A DNA stretch of 53,968 nt from NCBI RefSeq assembly GCF_001194135.2, contig NC_068989.1, forward strand, positions 84,781,264 through 84,835,231, written 5' to 3'. The translations under genes were made by a program, and so were the position numbers. A model generated the notes under the pieces. The model was not told where the DNA came from. It ran no database searches and saw nothing but the letters and a program-made list of their open reading frames with translations. Shown in pieces: positions 24,385 through 35,671 of the stretch (position 1 is the first letter of the stretch; every line of letters begins with the position of its first letter). Source of the DNA: Octopus bimaculoides. Taxonomy: Eukaryota.

Positions 24385-24989
24385 CCAATATTTCTGGTGG
24401 GTAAGGAGGAAGTTAAATGTAAATGGATATTTCATGAGAGCTGCTGTGATTAGCAGAAATTTCATGTAGGGATTTAGTTTCCTGGTAGGGGGTCACCTGG
24501 GCCCTGTCCTCATTCTCCTGCTGTTTACTGTAGCTTTTTATGTAATAATGCAAGAGTTTGAGATTAGATGTTCCAAAGAAACATTTATTCTCTGAAGACT
24601 TAGGTGTGGCTCCTCACCTTGCCAGCTCCAGTCAAATCGTCCAACCCATGCCAGCATGGAAAACACACATCAAATGATAATAATGAATGATAACGATGAC
24701 CTGCATCTCATTATACAACCTATTGAATAAAGTTCCACGCAGTGTAACCTCTGGCAGAGTGACAGAGTAGTAAAACTTGAAATTCATTTACTAATTAACA
24801 AGAAGTATTAAATACCAACAGACAGAGAGATGAGGAGGGGTGAGTGAGCACAAGATCATAGTGTCATTTTAGGAAGTGGCCTTGCTCGACAAGTAATTTG
24901 GTCAGTACTCCTTTTAACTGTTTTATATTCATTGTTTTATATACATGAGAAATAACCTCTGTTTGGTTATGTAACGTGAGTCTTCCCCA

Positions 24990-25500
24990 GCAGTGTAGTT
25001 GCCCCTATCGAATTACAGAGCAGGGAAGCTTCCTTCTGACAATACATTCCACGGCTTTGTTAACATGTGAAGCCAGAGAGAGAAACCTGTCATTTTTAGC
25101 ATCTGCTCTCATTCCTCCTTTGTGGACAGGATATTTGAAACCTTAACTGGAAAACTGCCAGGGCCCAAGGCTGAGTTCAGGTTCATCTCATCAATGGCCA
25201 ATATTATACCCTCTTTGCTAATGTCAATATAAGTGATGGTTGCCTCTTCCCTGTGTGGATCTGCAGTGTTGAAAAACTCACCAAGCTTGCTTATTTGTAT
25301 ATTTCCAAGTTTAGAGGTGAAAACACTTTGGAATTGTTTATTTAGTAGTACACTTACCCTTGTGGAGTCTGCAGTCGCTGGACTGTTTTCATCAAACAGT
25401 GGCCCTATCTTGTAGTGTACTGAGGCATATTCTTTTGCAAATTTGTCGAAGGCCTGAGGTTTTGTTTTCATATTTTCAACTGCCCTAGTTTCTCTTTCTT
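24990..25500 (-). pseudogene. CR1-group LINE ORF2 fragment (tether plus RT start)
   Basis: KPQAFDKFAK..KIGPL..VLLNKQFQSVFT..AIDEMNLNSALGPGSFP, then after a frameshift YPVHKGGMRADAKNDRFLSLASHVNKAVECIVRRKL (decayed HKGG..NYRPISLTS). Confidence 0.8.
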
Positions 25501-25509
25501 CCCTTTATT

Positions 25510-26975
25510 TTTCTAAGATGGGTGCAAGGCTCCTGGAGTTCTCCGATGCAACTGATTTACCAATTTGCAACACAGACTTTAGGAAACCTGCCAACCACAT
25601 TTCATCACTTACCAATCTGACAAACACACAAGTCAGATAGATTACATTCTCACCAAGGAGCAGGGAAGAAGGGTTATTATAAATACTCAAACCTTACTGT
25701 GTGATGAACGCACTGTACAACATAGGTTGATGGCTAGTGACTTCAAAGTCAGAGCTAGGAAGATGTATAAATGAAAGATGACATGGAGAAGAATGATATG
25801 GAATTGAAAAAGACCTCACAATTGGGAATAGATTTAGAAAAATTCTAATTGACGCATTTCGCTGTAGAGAGAAATATTTAGATACTTGTTATGTAGATAA
25901 CAACTGGGAATTTCTGTGAAATAACCTGCTTAGATCTACAGATCAGACGAACTAATTTAATATGGTGGTGGACATGGTTGAGAAGCCAGTAAGCAGCTAG
26001 GTGATGTGATAATTGGCTAACAGAAGAAATTTTCACCTGTCCTGCAATGTGAGAATCAATGGTATGAAGTATTCAGAATTGCCAGGCAATGTGTTAGAGA
26101 GAACCAAGGTGTCATTGGAATGATGAAGGCATATTTACCATTGAGATGGAAGACAAGAAAATGGTATGGAAGTATTATTATGAGAGGTTATTGAATGTGT
26201 ATAGCACAAGGGGCTACCTTGTGCTGACCCTTCAGCACCAGTCATTCATGTTGAAAGCAGCATTGTAGATAAACTGATTAAAGACATGAATAGAGGGAAA
26301 GCAGTGGGTCCATCAGAGACAGTTGCAGATGTACTCAAAATATTTGGTGAGGTAGGATATATGATTAACTCCAGGATAGCTAAGTCATAAGAAGGAGTCA
26401 TACCCAATGACTGACATAGCAGTATCATTGTAAACTGCTACAAAGGCAAAGGAGACACCTTAGAGGAAAACATCTGTGATTTTGTGCCTGGAAGAGGTAC
26501 CAGGGATACAATTTTCCTAATGAAGCAATTGCAGGAGAAATACTTGACTAAGAGTGAGCCATTATTCTTGGCCTTCATTAACCTGGAGAAGGCGCTTGTC
26601 TAGGTACCATGTACATCTGGTGGTCACTAAGGAAACAAGGTGTTGACGTATGGCTTGGGAGAGTTGTAGAAGCCTTGTACGAAGATGCATTAAGTAAAGT
26701 GAGAACCAATAACCGTTTCAGCAATAAATTTAATGTGTAGGTATAAGAGTTCATTTAGGTTCAGTTCGCTGTCCCCCACCTATTCATTATGGTCCTACAG
26801 GCCATAATAGAAGGATTGTACATGGGAGCTCTTATTCATTGATAATCTAGTTCTCATAGCTGAATCTGTAAAGGAATTAGAGAGAAAACTCCAGTTTTGG
26901 AAACTAAGCCTAGACTCAAGCAAATCCCAAAGTAAACTTAGCATAGACGAAGGTCTTAGTATGTGGCAGAGAAGG
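25510..26975 (+). pseudogene. Decayed RTE-clade LINE ORF (endonuclease C-terminus plus reverse transcriptase)
   Basis: Hand translation gives RLLEFSDATDLPICNTDFRK, SQIDYILTK, GKAVGPSETVADVLK, IPND*HSSIIVNCYKGKGD, FVPGRGTRDTIFLMKQLQEKYL..FLAFINLEKA, IWWSLRKQGV and WELLFIDNLVLIAES (decayed YADD). Many stops and frameshifts, plus an internal deletion. Confidence 0.88.
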
Positions 26976-27074
26976 TAGAACCCTAATATCTTGTTGTTCT
27001 TACATGTTTGGTATTTATTTTTACTATTGCTATCAATCTTTTGACATTACTATTCTTGTTTAATATTATTGTTG

Positions 27075-27118
<44 letters not shown>

Positions 27119-27794
27119 GATGCTCGCTGATGTTATTGTATTGTTAACTGTTGCTATAGTTAATGTTGCTCACATTTGAATTGTTCAGTGTTTTGGGCCT
27201 CCTACATTGGTTGGTCTGGAAGATGGGACCAATGCCCATGGTGTTCACAGGCTCTCCAAGAGTGCTGAGATCAGTGTGGTTAACATTCTTCTTGAATAGT
27301 TGTAAGTTAATGGCTGCAGAAAAAAAACAATGCAGGGAGGAAATTCCAGAGGGACAATGTTCTGGTGAGGAAGGGCTTGGTATTTGGGTTAGTATTGAGC
27401 ATGGGGTAGCAGAGATAACATAGGAAATAAGCGACAAGGGCGTCCCTGAGAGGAGATGACACAAGATAAGTTAGCTTCAAACAAAGAGCAGAAACCATTG
27501 TTGTCATTGTTGCAGTAGTAGTAGTAGTAGTAGTATTAGTAGTTGGAAAGACAGATGAGACAGCATGTATGTGGGCGAGAGGTTGGAATGTGTTGATGGC
27601 AAATGACCCATCTTAGTCAAGTGACCATTCTTTGGGAGTGTTCCACAATGTCTCTGTGTGTATCAACAACTGTTCCAAACCTCAAAGCAACACTTTTTGT
27701 TACTATTGCTCTTAAAGAAGTGATTTTAAATTCTCAATCGCAGGATAATGCTAATAATATAGCCTGAACAGGATAAACTACCCCTATTTTGCAG

Positions 27795-27877
27795 AAAAAA
27801 GTGTAGGTGGTTAGCTATGAGACTCGAACTCACACCTCCGTGATTACGCGTTGCGGTGCTCTGACCGATTGAGCTTG
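27795..27877 (-). pseudogene. tRNA-like unit or isolated SINE head with a T6 run
   Basis: D arm GCTC/GAGC, T arm GTGAG-TTCGAGT-CTCAT, A- and B-box-like motifs, T6 about 16 nt downstream of the T arm; no acceptor stem and a broken anticodon stem (nominal CGT). Confidence 0.6.
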
Positions 27878-28355
27878 GAATGATACAATTTAATGCAGCT
27901 GTTTTGATGCTGTCGGTTTTGGCACAAGTGACTGGATACTCAACTCGTTCTGGCAATTGGAAGCAAAAAAAAACACAAACACACACACACACACACACAC
28001 ACGGATAGAAGAAGTGAGGGAGAGTGAGAAAGAAAACATTACAATTTATTAATTGATTGTAATTAACCTAACTACTGTCCCTCTCCTCATACGCAGCCAT
28101 GTTTGCACAGATAAACAGGCAAAGTGAGGAGGGGAGAGAACATCAGAAACATTAAAATATCAGCATTGAACCAGCAATGCCAAACTGACGGCGCCGAAAC
28201 AGCTGCGCCAAAATGTTTCATGCCTAGTTATTGTTACTTTCTTACTGTTCTCATATGTTCACTGTTGTTATTGTTGCTGGTGTTGTTGTTGTTATTGTTG
28301 CTGGTGTTGTTGTTGTTACTGATGCTGTTGTTTTCCCCACCGAAATGCACGAATA

Positions 28356-28460
28356 TTAACCCTCCAGCATTTAAACCAGCCAGATCCAGCCTCTCACACT
28401 ATCCTACAATGTTGTTCTTAAAATAAACAGTCGCATTATCAAGATCTTGAAGCTAAGAGA
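28356..28460. mobile_element. piggyBac-type MITE fragment abutting a SINE
   Basis: TTAA-ccctccagcatttaaacc start, similar to 2547-2765; ends where the SINE at 28461 begins. Confidence 0.55.
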
Positions 28461-28678
28461 TACTCTTTTTACTCTTTTACTTGTTTCAGTCATTTGACTG
28501 TGGCAATGCTGGAGCGCCACCTTTAGTCGAGCAAATTGACCCCAGGACTTATTCTTTGTAAGCCTAGTACTTATTCTATCGGTCTCTTTTGCCGAACCGC
28601 TAAGTTACGGGGACGTAAACACACCAGCATCAGTTGTCAAACGATGTTGGGGGGACAAACACAGACACACAAACATAT

Positions 28679-28715
<37 letters not shown>

Positions 28716-28867
28716 CGGCGGGCTTCTTTCAGTTTCTGTCTATCAAATCCACTCACAAGGCTTTGGTCGGCCCGAGGCTATAGTAGAAGACACTTGCCCA
28801 AGGTGCTACGCAGTGGGAATGAACCCGGAACCATGTGGTTCGTAAGCAAGCTACTTACCACACAGCC
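28461..28867 (-). mobile_element. tRNA-derived SINE family A, near full length
   Basis: Reverse-complement homolog of 23187-23558. Confidence 0.85.
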
Positions 28868-29024
28868 GCAATATTGATTCAAGACAACATGAATAGATAA
28901 GTATGACATGTGACAGGATAATCTGAATGGTGAAGGGTTGATAATACAGCAGTATTTCCAAAGATAATGGCCCATGGTTTCATTAAGGAAAAAAGATATG
29001 AATATCAATGAACCCATTTGGAGG

Positions 29025-29290
29025 GATATTGTGCTGGTGCCATGTAAAAAGCACCTATGCTAGTGCCACATAAGACACACCTGTGCTGTTGTTACCATGT
29101 AAAAATCACCTGTGCTGGTGCCACATAAAAGCATCCAGTACACGCTGTAAAGTGGTTGGTGTTAGGAATGCACTCAGTCAAAGAAAACCATGCCAAAACA
29201 AGACAGTTGGAGCCTGGTACAGCTCGCCAGCTCCTGTTGAACTGTCCAACCCATGCCAGCAAAGAAAGCAGACATTTGATTATGATGATG
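29025..29290 (+). mobile_element. RTE-tail SINE with an internal ~26-bp tandem array
   Basis: Four imperfect gtgctggtgccatgtaaaaagcacc units (about 29027-29137), then the ccaacccatgccagc...(GAT)n tail. Confidence 0.72.
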
Positions 29291-29950
29291 ACGAAGACGA
29301 TGACGACGATGACGAAGACGCTGGTGAAGACGATGACGACAATGACAATGATGATGATAATGGTGTCAGTGTGGTAATGAGGATGAGGTTGTAATTAGGG
29401 TAGAGATGGTTGTGGTGGTTGTTTCAGATTGATACCTTCAATAAGATTCTCGTTGTTGTTGTTGTTGTGGTGGTAGTAGTTATAAGGATTGGTGATGTTG
29501 TCGTTGTGGTCTTTGTTGTAGCACTAATGGTAGTCATGGTAATTGTTATATACACTGGTGTTAAATATATTCATGATTTATAATCATTGCATACAATACT
29601 ACTATACACACATTTGTTATATTTATTTTGTCTTCACATAAACCAGTCTGATTTAATGAATTGTCTTGCATGTACCCTGAGTACAACACATCTTTTACCC
29701 TGTATAAACAGTTCACCCCACAGTGAGATACATTATAATCTAAAACACCATATAAAACTTATATTGTGATAAGTCGGTATAACAGGAGTATGTACCCTAA
29801 ATTGGGATGTAAGGTTTTCTAACCATTGTACTGAGATCATATAGGGGTATAGGGTATTACAGCAATTGTGTGTACACATTATTGTGGTATTGCGGTAATA
29901 ACATGCATAATAACTCCGCACTGTTATATGTGTGTGGAATAACACAAATA

Positions 29951-30451
29951 CAGTCATGACCAAAAGTTTGGAACATTTTTTCAAAAATTAAAATTGTTAT
30001 TCCCCAAGTACAATTTGATTCAAATATATACAACATATATATTTGGGCATTTAATATAAAAATTCTAATTTTCAGAATTATGTTCCAAACTTTTGGCCAA
30101 GTAATAATATATTGCAGATTAAATATAACTTTGGGCATTAAATAAAATTAAAATAAATGCGCCCTTTTAAAGCCTAGCCAGGCTCATGGGCCTGGTTTCA
30201 ATGGCGTATGTGTTCCCCAGCTGGACGGGACGCCACTCCATCGCAGCGTTACTCATTTTTGCCAGCTGAGTGGACTGGACCAACCTGAAATGAAGTGTTT
30301 TGCTCAAGAACACAACGCATCGCCCGGTCCAGGAATCGAAACCACAATCTTACGATCATGATGCTGATACCCTAACCACTGAGCCACGCGCCTCCTTATA
30401 TATAAAAATTCTAATTTTCAGGCCTGTGTTCCAAATTTTATGCCACGACTG
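29951..30451. mobile_element. Tc1-type MITE, 186 bp upstream of the first visible exon
   Basis: TA-CAGTCATGACCAAAAGTTTGGAACA ... TGTTCCAAATTTTATGCCACGACTG-TA; extra partial TIR at about 30082-30099; SINE E nested inside. Confidence 0.78.
30156..30395 (-). mobile_element. tRNA-derived SINE family E
   Basis: ggaggcgcgtggctcagtggttagg head and ggtttcgattcc B-box; highly similar to 47576-47826; nested in the Tc1-type MITE. Confidence 0.82.
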
Positions 30452-30637
30452 TAAATATGAATTGATAGTCATAAAACTAAGGTGTCTGCAAATTGAAAAA
30501 AAAATGTATTCTATGCATTTGAAAGCAGAATGTGTTATTTTATATTGCAAGTATATGTGTACACACCCACCTATGTATATACTCATGTATATGAGTTCCA
30601 GTAACTCCCTATTACAACCATTATTTGTACATTGCAG

Positions 30638-30715
30638 GAGGAGCAGAAGGCAAGACTGCAGGCTGAGAAAATCCGTATCGCCCTTGAGAAGATCAAAGAT
30701 GCTAAAATTAAAAAG
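30638..30715 (+). CDS. RAPH1: MRL-family adaptor (lamellipodin/RIAM/MIG-10/Pico-like), first visible coding exon: coiled-coil before the RA domain
   Basis: ttgcag acceptor and gtttgt donor; 78 nt, phase 0/0; EEQKARLQAEKIRIALEKIKDAKIKK closely resembles the vertebrate lamellipodin segment EEQAAKLKAEKIRVALEKIKEAQVKK (recalled). The symbol is nominal: invertebrates usually have one co-ortholog of RAPH1 and APBB1IP. Confidence 0.93.
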
Positions 30716-30781
30716 GTTTGTATTTGATCTTAAATTTACCATCATTTCCTAACTCTACTCTAAATACCACCCATGACAATC

Positions 30782-31190
30782 ACATGTCTTTATCATCATC
30801 TCTAAGCTCTACTCAAACAGCTCTCACATATTCATACCATGTCTTCTTAGATCTCCCGCTTCTACAAGTCCCACCCATATTTAGAGATCTCACTTCTTTA
30901 CACAGCTGTCCTTATCCATATGCATCACATGACCATACCAACACAGTCATCTCTCTTGCATACTACATCTGATGCTCTTTATGTCCAGTTTTTCTCTCGA
31001 TACATTTGCACTTTGTTACCTATGCACACTTTCTAGTCTTTGCATATCCTCAGCATTCACAGCCCACATTTCACTAATGTATAGCATTGCTGTTCATACA
31101 CAAGTATCATACAATCTGCCTTTCACTCTGAAAGGGAAACCTTTTGTTACCAACCAAGATAACGGCTCTCCCATCTTGAACTCCAAAGGA
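30782..31190 (-). pseudogene. RTE LINE RT C-terminal fragment
   Basis: LVTKGFPFRVKGRLYDTCV*TAML..SEMWAVNAEDMQRLE; nucleotide homology with 49950-50031. Confidence 0.82.
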
Positions 31191-32602
31191 GTTGGTCTGC
31201 CTTTGGCATTAATCACAGCTTTAATACATTGAAGAATTGACTCATACAGGTTCTGAAAAGTGGTTTGGAGAATTTTGAGCCATTCTTCAAGTAAAACCTG
31301 CTTTAACTCTTTCAGTGAAAATGACAAAGAGAAGCAGCTCCTCACTTGCTGCTCCAAAATGCACTTTCAATCTATTATATTTAGATTCAGTGATTTTAGG
31401 GACCAGTCCAAGTGGCTTACCATTTTGAGTGTGGCCGTTGCCAGTACCACGTGAGTGGCACGTAAAAGCACCCACTACACTCTCAGAGTGGTTGGCGTTA
31501 GGAAGGGCATCCAGCTGTAGAAACTCTGCCAGATCAGTTTGGAGCCTGGTGCAGCCATCTGGTTCACCAGTCCTCAGTCAAACCATCCAACCCATGCTAG
31601 CATGGAAAGCAGACATTAAACGATGATGATGATGATGATTTTCCTTGTGAATCAGCACATTGTTGTCCTGGAAAACTGTACTACCATCAGAGAAGTGTCT
31701 GTACCAATGGATCGACGTGATCTGCCAAAATACTCAGCTAATCCTTAGCTGAGTTAACTCTACCACATAGAACAACCAATTGGCCAAGAGAATTCTATAA
31801 TATGGCAGCCCAAATCACCACAAAGTCACCTCCATGCTTCAAGATGGGGGCCAAACAATCAGAATTAAGGACTTCTTTGAAATGTCTTCATACATAAATT
31901 TACCCTGATATGGGATGATTCACCACAGAAAATGACATTGTTCCACTGAGCCATTGACCACTTCTAATAGTCTAGTGACCATTTTTTTTTTTTCTCTATT
32001 CATTATTGTTGATGGGGGACAAAAGATGTTTCGCACTTGCAGCCCTCCCATGTTATCCACTTTCATGGAGCTCAGAACAAACTGTTTTGTTTGACACAAG
32101 ATTGGTAGGATAATGGTTTAGCTCTGTTGTCATTTTTGCTGTTTATAGTTCAATGGTTTTAAGACAACACATGTCACTATTTTGTGGTCTCTCTCTCTGT
32201 GAGATTTGCATTCTGTCCAGAATTATTCTTTGCTACAACTGGTTTTACCTTTGTTTTGGAATACCAACATAATATTTCAGACCGTGCCTCTCAAAACATT
32301 CAACAACTCAGCAGTTTTAGCATATGAAGCTCCAGTCCTCCATGCTCGAGCAATTTGTCCTCTTTGGAAATCAGATAGGTCATGCAGTTTAACTTATTTA
32401 AATATAAATATCTGCAAAAGAATAAAAAAACAAATTTTAAAAACAGAGGGCTACATCGTGAAGTACAATAATGAATAAATAATGCATATAAACACAAATA
32501 TACAAACTAGAACAGTTTGGGATTTGTCATGTTGCCAACAGAAGAATAGAAGAAAATAGTTAAATAAAAGTGATGTTTCCATTATTTTGTCCAACCCCTG
32601 TA
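31190..32602 (-). mobile_element. Decayed Tc1 transposon (5' TIR present, 3' TIR missing)
   Basis: TA-CAGGGGTTGGACAAAATAATGGAAACA at 32602-32574. Frameshifted transposase pieces: TYLISDFQRGQIARA-like HTH region, TELNHYPTNLVSNKTVCSELHESG*HGRAASAKHLL, CLAPILKHGGDFVVIWAAI, WSLKSLNLNIID (decayed WPPQSPDLNIIE) and SLKELKQVLLEEWLKI..IKAVINAKGRPTP. Confidence 0.87.
31428..31640 (+). mobile_element. RTE-tail SINE or LINE 3' end with (GAT)n tail, inserted in the Tc1 relic
   Basis: ggttggcgttaggaagggcatccagctgtagaaac...ccaacccatgctagcatggaaagcagacattaaacgatgatgat; the Tc1 reading frame resumes on both sides. Confidence 0.8.
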
Positions 32603-33858
32603 TATCGTGTGTGTGTGTACAGTGCATGTGCACTTGCATCCCAGTAAGTCCAAGTTCCATCATCACTGCAACCTTTTCCCCCATGTCTGAGTTTGTGGGA
32701 CGTATGCACCCCCTCTCTCCCCCTACCCACATCCAAGTAACAACAATACACACACATACATACATATATATATATACATACATATATATATATATATATA
32801 TACATATATATGTACATATATATATACATATATATATATATACATATATATATGTATGTATATATATACATATATATATATGTATATATATATATATTAG
32901 TAGTGTGACTATTTCCTCTGAACATCTAAATAGTCTGACTTTTGGCAATTTTCTACACACACACTCACACACACATACACACACACATACACACATGCAC
33001 GTTCGCATTTATGCTTCTCCTTTCCCTTCCACCACCCCCACTCCTCCCGCTCCTGGGTATAATATAAACTGAGTCATAGTATGGTGACGGGAGATTGGCG
33101 GATGATTGGGAAAGGGTATTAGCAGCAGCAGCAGCGGAGGCATCTGTGATGTAGCGCAGCAGGGAGGTGCCGATGGCATTTATACTCTTGAAGCTGCATG
33201 AGTAAAGNNNNNNNNNNNNNNNNNNNNNNNNNNNNNCCTGCACCCTTTCTCCTCCAATAAGATTTGGTGGTTATCAGCAGGACACCCTTCACTCTCTCCC
33301 TATTGTGATTTATATCTACACCTCTCCCTTTTTTCATTCCCTTTTTTTATTATATTCCACCCCTAATCTGTAACCCTCAACTTCCTGGATCCTTCTCCAA
33401 TTAACAATCCCCCAACCCGCACACAGACTGTCTGACTTGTCTCTAGCAACCTTCCACCATTTTTATTATACTCCCCCACCACCACCACCGTCTGTCTGTC
33501 TGTCTGTCCCTCTCTTTCTTTCTCTCCCTCTCTGCCTTCTCTCACTCCCCCTCTCACTCAACGTTTTCCCCCTCTCTCTCTCATTTAATTCTCATTGAGT
33601 AAACACACACATACATCACTTTACACAAACCTATATACACAATAGCCTCTAATCTAAACATATACACATACACACACACACATATCTTACACTTATACTG
33701 TTTATATTTGCATAAGTGTGTGTGTGTGTATGATATGCTATTATAATAGTGTGTGTGTATGATGTACGCTACTGTAATATTGTGCGTGTGTGTGTTTTTA
33801 GGTGTGACTCACCCATGCAATTTTTACTCATTCCCTCCACTGAGCAGCCATTTTAATT

Positions 33859-33901
<43 letters not shown>

Positions 33902-33962
33902 GTTTCTCTGCATGCTACAAAATTTTTGGGTGAGGTGAGGGCTACATGTGTGTATGTTTATA

Positions 33963-34012
<50 letters not shown>

Positions 34013-34085
34013 TATATCTGTACTGCATGTGTGTGTGATCATTTTTCCCTCTTTTGTTATTATCTCTACACCTGGGTATACATCT

Positions 34086-34126
<41 letters not shown>

Positions 34127-34565
34127 CATACAACCAACCAGAACCAATGAGAAAGCGTTTCTACAGTCACATGACCTCTTCCATATAACAAGCAAACTTC
34201 CTTTCACAAATTCCCTACTGTCTAGGATATACACAGGCACCATTAAAAATGGCTAAGACAGAGCTGCTCTGCTCTGTATAGCATAACTAACCCTCTTGGC
34301 ATCAAATTTCTATTTTCTTGAAAAGGACAACACATATTGCCATGTTCTTACATTCTCCAATTTTCATGCCCTGCAGTCAAATTTGGCTGAAGGACTGGAA
34401 TAGAAACGGGTCTGGACGATCATTATTGTAGTTGAGCCACTGGGCTATCCTTATTGAGTCACTGGTTTGACCATGGTTGACCTAACGTAGTCGTTGACCA
34501 TTTATATTATCTGCTGGTCAATAAGGTGTCGCCAGATATACCTTCACATCAATATGTCACTGATT

Positions 34566-35002
34566 AAGGTGGTGAGCTGGCAGAAACGTTAGCATGCTGG
34601 GCGAAATGCTTCGCAGTATTTCGTCTGCCGTTACGTTCTGAGTTCAAATTCCGCCGAGGTCGACTTTGCCTTTCATCCTTTCGGGGTCAATAAATTAAGT
34701 ACCAGTTACGCACTGGGGGTCGATGTAATTGACTTAATCCCTTTGTCTGTCCTTGTTTGTCCCCTCTATGTTTAGCCCCTTGTGGGCAGTAAAGAAATAA
34801 GAAACATTAGCACACTGGGCCAAAATGCTTAGCGGTATTTCGTCTGTCTTCACGTTCTGAGTTCAAATTTCGCCGAGGTTAACTTTGGCTTTCGTCCTTT
34901 CAAGGTTGATAAATTAAGTACCAATTGCATACTGGAGTCGATCTAATCTACTGCCTCGCTTCCCAAGAATTTCAGGCCTTGTGCCTAGAGTAGAAAAGAA
35001 TA
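34566..35002 (+). mobile_element. Dimeric SINE family B
   Basis: Same two-unit structure and ...ccttgtgcctagagtagaaaagaat end as 16973-17395. Confidence 0.82.
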
Positions 35003-35208
35003 TACCACTGGTTATTTCTCACTGACCAGATACACCATGAACACATTTTATTGGTCAGTACTGGCTAACAGATTCATCATTAAATATTTCTATGTCACTG
35101 GTCAGTTCTCATTGTCACCATCAAACATCTGTATTAGCAGTGATAGTGTATGGACTAAGATCTTGATACTGTATGGGCTAAGATCCCTATTCTTTTCTAC
35201 TCTATGTA

Positions 35209-35402
35209 TAAGGCCCAAAATTTGGTGGGAGGGGGCCAGTCAATTAGATCGACCCCAGTATGCAACTGGTACTTAATTTATCGACCCCGAAAGAATGTAA
35301 TGCAAAGTTGACCTCGGCAGAATTTGAACTCAGAACGTAAAGACAGACGAAATACTGCTAAGCATTTCGCCTGGCGTGCTAACACTTCTGCCAGCTCGCC
35401 TT
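35209..35402 (-). mobile_element. SINE family B monomer, inverted relative to the adjacent dimer
   Basis: Reverse complement aaggcgagctggcagaagtgttagcacgccaggcgaaatgc...gtcgataaattaagtaccagttgcatactggggtcgatc. Confidence 0.82.
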
Positions 35403-35671
35403 TGGACTGAGATCCCTATTGATAGGCCCCTGATATTATATAAAGTGTTAACACTTACAGTATACAAATTAGTGGCCCCAGTCTTCTGTTGCTGCTGAAA
35501 TTGTTGAGTATATAAACAAATTGGTTGCTTCTTTTTCTGGGATTGGTTAACTTCATGCAGACATCTCTGATGAGAATCCAGTAAGGTTGAAAATTAATTA
35601 AGGCTGTTCATTATTATTTTCAATCTACAGAGAAATAGCCTAATTAGCCCTGTTTATATATTTACTATATA

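Noticed and set aside
27163-27423. 86-aa ORF as an alternative first exon
   Set aside because: Ends in a stop, has no suitable phase-0 donor and no recognisable homology.
27795-27877. Functional tRNA-Thr(CGT)
   Set aside because: No acceptor stem and a mispaired anticodon stem; kept only as a tRNA-like pseudo-unit.
29027-29137. Repeat units resembling a CRISPR array (also 5531-5600 and 11560-11660)
   Set aside because: Contiguous tandem units with no unique spacers, inside eukaryotic repeats, with no cas genes.
33962-34010. (TG)n(TA)n(CA)n palindromes
   Set aside because: An automatic consequence of self-complementary dinucleotide repeats, common throughout the window.
35560-35600. ctgatgag...gaaa as a third hammerhead (also ctgatga at about 15610, 48618 and 52027)
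   Set aside because: Stem I cannot form, or the GAAA half-core is missing.
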